A stretch of 64,000 nucleotides of DNA from Pseudomonadota bacterium (GTDB lineage Bacteria; Pseudomonadota; Gammaproteobacteria; Pseudomonadales; Pseudohongiellaceae). Under the pieces are notes generated by a model. That model was not told where the DNA came from and ran no database searches. It worked only from the letters and a program-made list of their open reading frames with translations. The stretch spans positions 110-64,109 of the forward strand of contig JADFIJ010000001.1 of NCBI GenBank assembly GCA_022566775.1, written 5' to 3'. Made by a program: the position numbers and the translations under genes. Shown piece after piece: positions 17,834 through 25,791 of the stretch (its first letter is position 1; each line of letters begins with the position of its first letter).

Positions 17834-19219
17834 ATGAATTATTTCAAAGCACTTTTTGAGCTTGGTAAGGGACGCATTTTCACCAGGGTCTGGCTGGTTT
17901 TAGGACTGTTTTTATGGTCGTCCCTGACCCAGGCTCATGACATTCCATCTCGTGTCACTGTACATGCATTCGTCAAGCCGGAAGGAAATCAGCTGACGGC
18001 GTTGCTGCGAATTCCCATGGAAGCTTTCAGCGAGATCAGCTTTCCTCTGCGCGGACCCGGCTATCTGCAGTTTTCCGAGGCCGAGTTTTCTCTCAACGAT
18101 GCCGCCCGGATTTACATCACCGAATCGATGCATTTTTTCGAAAACGGTGAAGAGCTGACTGAGAAAGAGCTGATAGCCACCAGGGTGTCGCTACCGTCCA
18201 ATCGCTCTTTTACCAGTTTTGAAGAAGCCCTGGAAAATGTGATGAGTCCGCCACTGGATGACAGCGTCGACTTGTTCTGGCGTCAAGGTGTGCTGGATGT
18301 GCTGGTGCGATATCCCATTGCCTCTGAACAATCAGACTTCTCCGTCAACCCCGAGCTTGGCACACTCTCAAATCAGACGACGACAGTGTTACGTTTCCTG
18401 GTCCCCGGAGGTGCCGAGAGGATATTTAATTATCTTGGTAATCCGGGCCTGGTGATTCTGGATCCCCGCTGGCACCAGGCCGCTCTGCGATTTGTCGACA
18501 TGGGTTTTAATCATATTCTGGATGGCTTGGACCATTTGTTGTTTCTTTTTTGCCTGGTAATTCCGCTGCGCAGCATTCGGGCACTAATTCCCGTCGTCAC
18601 CTCATTCACTGTTGCCCATTCTATTACCCTGATCAGTTCTGCTTTTGGTATGGCGCCCAGTGCACTGTGGTTCCCGCCACTGATCGAAACATTGATTGCG
18701 CTGTCCATCGTCTACATGGCATTTGAAAATATTGTCGGCGCCAAGCTGGAGCATCGATGGATGCTGTCATTCGGTTTCGGTCTGGTCCACGGGTTTGGCT
18801 TTTCCTTCGTATTCAGCGATACCCTGCAGTTCGCAGGCGGGCATTTGTTTACTTCCTTGCTGGCATTCAATGTCGGCGTCGAACTAGGGCAAATACTGGT
18901 TCTTATTCTGGTAATTCCACTTTTGAATATTCTATTCAAGTTTTTCGTGAAGGAACGCGTAGGAACAATATTGCTCTCTGCACTGCTCGCACACAGCGCC
19001 TGGCACTGGATGTTGGAGCGGGGATTTGTACTCAACCAATATCAAATACAGATGCCGCCCCTGGACACTTTGTTTTTCGCCGCCCTAATGCGCTGGGGAA
19101 TGTTGCTGATTGTCATCGTGGCTATTCTCTGGGGTATGTATGAATTATTTCGACGCTGGTCCCTGGTCGAAAGTATTTCCGGGTACGGTGCAATCAAGAG
19201 CGTCGAGGAGGACGGCTGA
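17834..19219 (+). CDS. HupE/UreJ-family metal permease-like membrane protein with an about 200-aa N-terminal periplasmic extension
   Basis: A signal/anchor is followed by a soluble segment. The motif GFNHILDGLDHLLFLFCLVIP resembles the HupE/UreJ signature (GF.HP..G.DHLL). About 6 hydrophobic helices follow. Confidence 0.6.
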   Translation: MNYFKALFELGKGRIFTRVWLVLGLFLWSSLTQAHDIPSRVTVHAFVKPEGNQLTALLRIPMEAFSEISFPLRGPGYLQFSEAEFSLNDAARIYITESMHFFENGEELTEKELIATRVSLPSNRSFTSFEEALENVMSPPLDDSVDLFWRQGVLDVLVRYPIASEQSDFSVNPELGTLSNQTTTVLRFLVPGGAERIFNYLGNPGLVILDPRWHQAALRFVDMGFNHILDGLDHLLFLFCLVIPLRSIRALIPVVTSFTVAHSITLISSAFGMAPSALWFPPLIETLIALSIVYMAFENIVGAKLEHRWMLSFGFGLVHGFGFSFVFSDTLQFAGGHLFTSLLAFNVGVELGQILVLILVIPLLNILFKFFVKERVGTILLSALLAHSAWHWMLERGFVLNQYQIQMPPLDTLFFAALMRWGMLLIVIVAILWGMYELFRRWSLVESISGYGAIKSVEEDG

Positions 19220-19605
19220 TCTACAGCTGTTCTGGCGACATAAAGTGTGTGAGGAGGCACCCGTGCTCCAGGGATATTTGCAATACAGCAAGCTTGTGGA
19301 GAACGTGCATTGGCTGGCCTATGGGTGCCAGGGGACTAATCAGAACTCCTATTCAGAAATGTCTTGCGAATCTCCGGTCCGCTAGTTTCCTGTGCAATCA
19401 ATGTCGTGTCCACTGGCCGATTTCCACGATTTTTGAGTCGATAATCACAGCTGAACAGTTTCAATTTGTCACAAATACGAAGCCTATTGGATAGCCGGTG
19501 AAGCGGGCTTTGGGTTAACATTTCCGGTCTAAAAGCCGTGGGTTTAAGATCAAGCTGGAATACCGGCAGAATAATCATTCAACTAAAGACTGGTGGCGTG
19601 AAACC

Positions 19606-21405
19606 ATGAAATTCGCCACCAAGCAAGGAATATCGCGCATGCACAAGCTCAACCAGATACTGCTGTTAAGCACTTTGGTAATGGTCAACTCACAGGTCAA
19701 TGCAGGGCCCGACAAAATCGGCAATTTTGCATTAATAGACCATGAGGGCAATTTTCATCAATTGCGTAAGTATGGGGACAGCAAAGCCGTCGTCATCATT
19801 TCCACGGCAGTCGATTGCCAGGAAAACATAGAAAGATTGCCAAAGTATCGCCTGCTTCGCACCACTTGGGAGCGCCAGGGCGTCACTTTCCTTGCGATTA
19901 ATTCTACCGCCAGGGACAGCCGCGAAGACATCCGCCGCATGGATGATCTGTATAATTTCGACTTGCCCATTTTGCTGGACAGCAGCCAGTTAGTCGCCGA
20001 GAGCCTGGGCCTTACCAGGGCCGGTGAAATCATCGTGCTGGAACCCGAACGATTCCAGGTACTCTATCGCGGCGGGCTGGATATTGAGTCGAGGCGCGCC
20101 CGGCCGGAGCGGGACATAGAGGCGCGCGAGGGCACCAGCTTTCTCGCCGACACGTTGCAAGCGGTCGTCGCCGGCGTCACCTCATTCGGTGAGACAGTAA
20201 CGGTGGCCGGTGAGGGCTGTGAACTGGGTTTCGCGGCGCTGGCTCAACACGCGGACAGGACCCCCGATTACGCCACGGAAATAGCACCGTTACTGCAAGA
20301 AAAATGTGTCAGCTGTCACGTAGAAGGTGGTATCGCGCCGTTCGCGATGAATTCACATATGATGGTTCAGGGCTGGTCTCCGATGATGAAAGAGGTGGTG
20401 ATGACCAAGCGCATGCCACCTGCTCAAGTTGATCCTGCGGTAAATCATTTCGACAACGCACGATATATGGATGCGGGAGAACTGCAAACATTGATCCACT
20501 GGATCGACGCGGGTTCACCCCGCGGAGAGAGTGAAGTCGATCCACTCACCCTGATTACAGCACCGGAATCGGTTTGGGAACTGGGCGAACCGGACTATAT
20601 TGTGGAAGTACCAACTTTCACCATTCCTGCCACCGGGGTGCTGGATTATGAAAATATCACCATCAATTTGTCACTCGAAAAGGATGTATGGATCAAGTCC
20701 GTGCAGCATCTTCCCGGCGATCGGCGCGTCCTGCATCACCTGCTTAGTTTCATAGTGCCAGCAGACTATGAGGAGAGGATCGTAGAGGGGGAGAATGATA
20801 GCTACCGCGAGTTTCTCGAAGGTTATGCGCCAGGCAAGGATGGAGCCGTCACCTTTCCAGATAATTCCGGGATGTTTGTACCGAAGGGGTCGGCGGTGCA
20901 GATGTCACTTCACTACACCACTTATGGCAAGGAAACCGTCGACAACACACTGCTCGGTCTCTATTTCGCGGAAGCAGAACCCCAGTTTCAGTATTCAACT
21001 TACTCATTGAGTCACGGCGGCAGCAACCTGGTAATTCCCGCCGGCGTTTCCGAGCACAAAATGAGCGCGTCCCACCTGTTTGAGGACGAGATAATGCTGC
21101 ACGGTTTAAGACCACACATGCACTACCGTGGCAAGCATATGCGTTTTTCCGTGGTCTATCCTGACGGTAGCAAGGCCGACATTATCAACGTACCCGACTA
21201 CAATTTTGCCTGGCAGCCAACCTATAGACTGTCAGAGCCCATGTTGCTCCCGGCAGGCTCCCGGGTAATAGTCGAGGGGGCGTTTGACAACTCCCAATAC
21301 AATCTGGGCAATCCGGATCCGGCGGCTGTGGTTAAGGGTGGCGCCCAGAGCTGGGACGAGATGTTTATCGGCTACTTCTCTTATTACAAGACCGCAAATA
21401 ACTAA
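19606..21405 (+). CDS. Exported redoxin-like, haem c and PHM-like copper monooxygenase fusion protein (paralog 2)
   Basis: An alternative start is at 19639 (MHKLNQILLLSTLVMVNSQVNAG). Motifs in order are IGNFALIDHEGNFHQLRKYGDSKAVVIISTAVDC; CVSCHVEGGIAPFAM followed by KRMPP; then RVLHHLLSF, VQMSLHYT, RPHMHYRG and SWDEMFIGY. Confidence 0.7.
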   Translation: MKFATKQGISRMHKLNQILLLSTLVMVNSQVNAGPDKIGNFALIDHEGNFHQLRKYGDSKAVVIISTAVDCQENIERLPKYRLLRTTWERQGVTFLAINSTARDSREDIRRMDDLYNFDLPILLDSSQLVAESLGLTRAGEIIVLEPERFQVLYRGGLDIESRRARPERDIEAREGTSFLADTLQAVVAGVTSFGETVTVAGEGCELGFAALAQHADRTPDYATEIAPLLQEKCVSCHVEGGIAPFAMNSHMMVQGWSPMMKEVVMTKRMPPAQVDPAVNHFDNARYMDAGELQTLIHWIDAGSPRGESEVDPLTLITAPESVWELGEPDYIVEVPTFTIPATGVLDYENITINLSLEKDVWIKSVQHLPGDRRVLHHLLSFIVPADYEERIVEGENDSYREFLEGYAPGKDGAVTFPDNSGMFVPKGSAVQMSLHYTTYGKETVDNTLLGLYFAEAEPQFQYSTYSLSHGGSNLVIPAGVSEHKMSASHLFEDEIMLHGLRPHMHYRGKHMRFSVVYPDGSKADIINVPDYNFAWQPTYRLSEPMLLPAGSRVIVEGAFDNSQYNLGNPDPAAVVKGGAQSWDEMFIGYFSYYKTANN

Positions 21406-21570
21406 AAAATCTTCTGTGCTCGACAAATAGTACCTATGCTGGCAACGGGATGGTATTTCTGGCACTGCTCGCAATTCTCGATTTCCAGTTTTCCATGTTA
21501 CAAAAGCACACACATTATTCATCCCAATTGTGCCTTACATGGTTTAGAATCACCCCGTTAATCTAGCGCG

Positions 21571-23289
21571 ATGGAGCTTCGAGATGTGAATAAATTACTC
21601 TGTTTGGGAATGACTGCAGCTGTTGCCGTTCTGTCAACATCGGTCCTCGCCCTGCCTGACAGGATTGGTGACTTTGGCCTGCTGGACAGTGATGGTGACT
21701 TTCATCAATTAAGTCGTTATCGCAACAAGGAAGCGTTGGTATTAATGTCTTTCGACCCCAGCTGCACCTCTATCGACTCTTCACTTTCGAGCCTGCAGGC
21801 ATTGCAAACTCAATGGCGTGATCAGGGTATTGCTTTCGCGTTGATCAATTCATCTGCCGAGTCAGATCTTGCCGTCATTCGATCTGCGAAGGCAGATATC
21901 GATCTACAACTACCCCTGTTACTCGATAGTGGCCAGCTGGTTTCAGAAACCCTGCAACTGACCAAGGCGGGTGAAGTGGCCATTCTCGATCCCGAGCGAC
22001 TGACTCTCATTTATCGCGGTCCAGTAGCGAGTGCGGCGGCAACGCTGGCTGCCGAAATCGCCGGCAGCGTCGAGCGCACCCGCGTTATCGCAGCAAGCGG
22101 CTGTGATCTGACCTATCCGGTCCGTGAAAGTCATGCCAGTGCGACCCCAGACTACGCTTCCGAAGTCGCCCCGATTATTGCCGAGCAGTGCGTCAGCTGT
22201 CACCGGGCAGGGGGCATAGGACCCTTTGCCATGGATAGCCATCTGATGTTGCAGGGCTGGTCGCCGATGATTCGGGAAGTGCTTTTGACCCGACGCATGC
22301 CGCCTACCCAGGTAGACCCCAATATTGGCCATTTTAGCAATGCCCGCTACATGAGCGATGCCGACATGCAAACCCTGGTGCATTGGATTGACGCCGGCGC
22401 TCCACGGGGTACGGCAGTGATAGATCCATTGACCGAGATCCAACTACCGAGCTGGAAAACCTGGACCCTGGGGGAGCCAGATTACATCGTCACGGCGCCG
22501 AAAATGGAAATTCCTGCCACCGGGGTAATGGACTACATTACCGTCAATGTGGAACTTCCTTTCACTGAAGACAAATGGGTAAAGGCTGTTCAGTTCATCC
22601 CTGGCGATGAATCTGTGCTCCACCATTTACTGACCTATGTAACCGCCCCAGCCGAAGAATTTGATGGTGGCGAAGCCAATGTACGCTCGGTTGCACGGCG
22701 CTTCCTCGAAGGCTATGCCCCGGGCAAAGTGGATGCCATGACATTTCCCGAAGACACCGGGGTGTACATTCCCCAAGGGCATAAACTGTCCATGCAGTTT
22801 CACTTCACCACCAACGGCAGAGCCACCACCGATGAAACCCTGCTCGGTTTGTACCTGTACGATGAGCCACCCAAGTATGAGAATTTCACCCGCTCCGTAT
22901 CGTCGCAATTCAGAATCCCCGCGTTTGACCAGGACTATGAGTCCGCAGCCTCCTATGTGTTTGACGAAGACGTAGTGGTGACAGGCCTGCGCGCCCACAT
23001 GCACTTTCGTGGCAAAGACATGAAGTTTTCCATAGAAAATGAAGATGGCTCCATGACCGATCTGCTAAGCGTCCCCAATTACAGTTATGCCTGGCAGCCG
23101 ACGTATACGCTGGAGGAACCGATGCTGGTGAAAGCCGGAACCAGGGTTCATGTCACCGGCGCCTTCGATAATTCCGAGTACAATCCGGCGAACCCGGATC
23201 CGAGTAAGGAACTGACTTTTGGTTTGCAGAGCTGGGATGAGATGTTCATCGGCTACTGGACCTATCACGCCGCCGAGCCCGCTAACTAG
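21571..23289 (+). CDS. Exported redoxin-like, haem c and PHM-like copper monooxygenase fusion protein (paralog 3)
   Basis: A signal peptide is present. Motifs in order are IGDFGLLDSDGDFHQLSRYRNKEALVLMSFDPSC; CVSCHRAGGIGPFAM followed by RRMPP; then SVLHHLLTY, LSMQFHFT, RAHMHFRG and SWDEMFIGY. Confidence 0.7.
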   Translation: MELRDVNKLLCLGMTAAVAVLSTSVLALPDRIGDFGLLDSDGDFHQLSRYRNKEALVLMSFDPSCTSIDSSLSSLQALQTQWRDQGIAFALINSSAESDLAVIRSAKADIDLQLPLLLDSGQLVSETLQLTKAGEVAILDPERLTLIYRGPVASAAATLAAEIAGSVERTRVIAASGCDLTYPVRESHASATPDYASEVAPIIAEQCVSCHRAGGIGPFAMDSHLMLQGWSPMIREVLLTRRMPPTQVDPNIGHFSNARYMSDADMQTLVHWIDAGAPRGTAVIDPLTEIQLPSWKTWTLGEPDYIVTAPKMEIPATGVMDYITVNVELPFTEDKWVKAVQFIPGDESVLHHLLTYVTAPAEEFDGGEANVRSVARRFLEGYAPGKVDAMTFPEDTGVYIPQGHKLSMQFHFTTNGRATTDETLLGLYLYDEPPKYENFTRSVSSQFRIPAFDQDYESAASYVFDEDVVVTGLRAHMHFRGKDMKFSIENEDGSMTDLLSVPNYSYAWQPTYTLEEPMLVKAGTRVHVTGAFDNSEYNPANPDPSKELTFGLQSWDEMFIGYWTYHAAEPAN

Positions 23290-23309
23290 TCTCGATTACG
23301 CCTTACCCC

Positions 23310-23345
23310 AAAGCCCGGTCGTTGCAAAGCGACCGGGCTTTGTAT
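23310..23345 (+). terminator. Intrinsic terminator after PHM-like paralog 3
   Basis: Stem aaagcccggtcg / cgaccgggcttt followed by a T-rich tail. Confidence 0.6.
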
Positions 23346-23503
23346 TATGCCGGATGCAGGCAGCGGGAAAATGAAAGGATCCGTCAGAATCAAAGATCTT
23401 CTAATTACTGGGGATTGCTTCAAACTGCGCGGATAACTGAACCGGCACCGCAGCGATCTGGTAGTAGGAGAGGCCTGCGGACAGGAGACATTCGTTGTGT
23501 CCC

Positions 23504-23519
23504 TGGCAATTAACTTGCT
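23504..23519 (+). promoter_or_regulatory. Candidate sigma54 (-24/-12) promoter upstream of cstA
   Basis: TGGCAattaacTTGCT matches TGGCAC-N5-TTGCW with the canonical GG-to-GC spacing. It lies about 48 nt upstream of the cstA ATG (23567). Confidence 0.4.
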
Positions 23520-23566
23520 ATGATGCGGGCCTTGTAATTTATAATAATAATTCGGGAGAGTGCTGC

Positions 23567-25270
23567 ATGTCCTCGATCTTTATCGTCTTATTCGGATTGG
23601 TTGGCTTCTCATTGGGATGGTTCGTCTATTCCAAATTCATTGCTGAAAAGATTTATAGACTTGACCCGAATTATGTCACTCCGGCCCATCAATTTAATGA
23701 CGGCGTCGACTATGTTCCTACCAACAAATTTGTTCTCTGGGGTGCGCATTTTACCGCGGTCGCCGGTGCTGCACCGATTATCGGTCCGGCAATTGCCGTG
23801 TATTGGGGTTGGGTTCCTGCCCTGCTGTGGGTGACCATCGGGTCGGTCTTCTTCGCCGGCGTGCACGACATGGGAGCGCTTTGGGCCAGTAATCGCCATG
23901 GGGCCAAGTCGATCGGTGCCCTGTCTGAAAGTATAATCGGCAAACGCGCCAGTGCCTTGCTGATGGTAATCATCTTCTTATTGCTGGTCCTGGTGAATGC
24001 GGTATTTGGCACCATTATCGCCACAGATATGGTGATTTTCCCTTCTTCCGTATTTCCAGCCTGGGCCGCGATCCCGGTGGCTATTTGCATTGGTGTGCTG
24101 ATACGTAAGAAATATAATCTGCTGGTTATATCCCTTATCGGAGTGGCGATTCTCTACTTTACAATCTATGTAGGCAGCGTGATGCCACTGGAATTACCGG
24201 GCGATATTTTCGGCCTCGGACCGAATGGCAACTGGATCATTATCCTATTTGCCTATGCCGGCGTCGCCTCGATGCTGCCGGTTTGGCTGCTGCTGCAACC
24301 ACGGGATTATATCAACGGAGCACAGTTGGTGCTGGGGCTGCTGGTGCTTTATGGGGCAGTACTAATCGCCATGCCTACTGTGACTGCGCCGGCTTTCAAT
24401 CCAAACCTGGCGGTTGACACCCCGCCGCTGTTTCCGATTTTGTTCGTCACCATAGCCTGTGGTGCCCTCTCCGGATTTCATGGCATCGTCTCCTCCGGCA
24501 CCAGTTCCAAGCAGTTAGACAACGAAAAGGATGCGCGCTTCGTTGGCTATCTCGGCGCCTTGGGCGAAGGCTCACTGGCCCTGATCACCATTGTGGTTGT
24601 AACCGGCTCTTTATATGCCGCCAGCGGGGCGGACTGGGACTCGATTTACTCCGGGTTTAGCACCGGGCCTGGACAAATAGGATTTATTGAGGGTGGTGCG
24701 CGACTCATCTCTACCGGTTGGGGATTGCCGCTGGCATTTTCCCAAACCATGCTGGCAGTGATGGTGGTTTTGTTTGCTGCCACGACGATGGATGCCGGAC
24801 TTCGCCTGCAGCGATACATCGTGCAGGAGTGGGGCAATATCTACAATATCAAGGTCCTTAAAAATAACTATGTCGCCACATTGCTGGCGATAGCGGCTTG
24901 TCTAGCCCTCGCATTCGGCGTGACTAACGGCGAATATCCCGGTGATGGCGGCATGCTGATATGGCCTGTATTTGGCGCGACTAATCAGATCCTGGCCAGC
25001 ATCACCTTGATGGTGATTGCTATCTACCTGATGAAGCTGGGCCGACCGGTGAGATATATACTGATGCCGATGATGTTCATACTGTTGCTGGCTCTGTGGG
25101 CCAGTGGCTGGTATATCATCGAACATTTCTCCACCGGCAATTGGGTGCTGGTGGTGATTGAAGTTGTGGTCATGAGCATCTCTATCGTCATCATGCTGGA
25201 AGTCTGGTCTGTGATTTCGAAATTGAGAGGCGGGGAAGCTGACGACAAGGCTGTCGCGGAGGGCGAGTAA
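23567..25270 (+). CDS. cstA: Carbon starvation protein A family transporter (peptide/pyruvate uptake family)
   Basis: ORF 23495..25270. The ATG at 23567 follows GGGAGAG. The protein is polytopic, with a CstA-like N-terminal region WGAHFTAVAGAAPIIGPAIAVYWGW. Confidence 0.8.
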   Translation: MSSIFIVLFGLVGFSLGWFVYSKFIAEKIYRLDPNYVTPAHQFNDGVDYVPTNKFVLWGAHFTAVAGAAPIIGPAIAVYWGWVPALLWVTIGSVFFAGVHDMGALWASNRHGAKSIGALSESIIGKRASALLMVIIFLLLVLVNAVFGTIIATDMVIFPSSVFPAWAAIPVAICIGVLIRKKYNLLVISLIGVAILYFTIYVGSVMPLELPGDIFGLGPNGNWIIILFAYAGVASMLPVWLLLQPRDYINGAQLVLGLLVLYGAVLIAMPTVTAPAFNPNLAVDTPPLFPILFVTIACGALSGFHGIVSSGTSSKQLDNEKDARFVGYLGALGEGSLALITIVVVTGSLYAASGADWDSIYSGFSTGPGQIGFIEGGARLISTGWGLPLAFSQTMLAVMVVLFAATTMDAGLRLQRYIVQEWGNIYNIKVLKNNYVATLLAIAACLALAFGVTNGEYPGDGGMLIWPVFGATNQILASITLMVIAIYLMKLGRPVRYILMPMMFILLLALWASGWYIIEHFSTGNWVLVVIEVVVMSISIVIMLEVWSVISKLRGGEADDKAVAEGE

Positions 25271-25365
25271 AGTGTCTCTCGGTAGCGTGAGCTCATCATG
25301 AATCTTGTTGATCTCCTCGTTTAATGTGGACGTGTAACAGCAAGCGGCTATAGAAGTAAGACGAG

Positions 25366-25412
25366 AAGGAGCGGTCTGCAGTGCCTGGCACGGTGAGCTC
25401 GCTCCTTTTTTA
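25366..25412 (+). terminator. Terminator-like compound hairpin after cstA
   Basis: Outer stem aaggagcg/cgctcctt, inner stem gtgcc/ggcac, then a TTTTTT run. Confidence 0.55.
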
Positions 25413-25457
25413 TTGGGTACTAGATACCCTAATGTTGAAATCGCTGCAGCAAGATGT

Positions 25458-25771
25458 AGGGCACCTCTGAATAATACAGTGATGCTCAGGCTTTCAGGCG
25501 GGTCTGCAATCAAGGCGGGGTTGCGCGGGAATGTAGACCAGCTTTCAAGCAGCCCTAACGCCGAGTGCAGACCCGCCTTAAAGCCCCAAAGGGCGAGCCC
25601 TGAAGCATTCATTTGCGGCGTTACGCTTCTTGCCAAGGGCGACGGCCATCGCCTACATGGATGTAGGTGAGGGGCGTGAGCCGGGAGCGGAAGCTTTGCC
25701 GGCGAAGTGTGCCTTGCAACTGGATGCTTCAGGACTCGCTGAGACATTACTGTATTATTCAGAGGTGCCCT
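25458..25771. repeat. 314-bp highly structured intergenic element bounded by perfect 23-bp terminal inverted repeats (MITE-like element or structured RNA)
   Basis: Left end agggcacctctgaataatacagt (25458-25480) is the exact reverse complement of the right end (25749-25771). Nested long-range stems are 25496-25508/25566-25578 (13 bp perfect) and 25599-25611/25721-25733 (12 of 13). The element ends 20 nt before the birA ATG. Confidence 0.6.
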
Positions 25772-25791
25772 AGTTTAGTTTCCGGCTCCCT

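Noticed and set aside
24902-25747. 281-aa minus-strand ORF spanning the cstA 3' end and the structured element
   Set aside because: It is antisense to cstA for half its length and runs through the TIR-bounded element. It is Pro/Arg/His-rich with no motif and is probably a GC-driven open frame.
25290-25790. Possibility of an rRNA operon or a known housekeeping RNA (RNase P, tmRNA, 6S, SRP) upstream of birA
   Set aside because: None of the signature sequences of these RNAs is present, and the region is too short for rRNA. It is kept only as an unclassified structured element.
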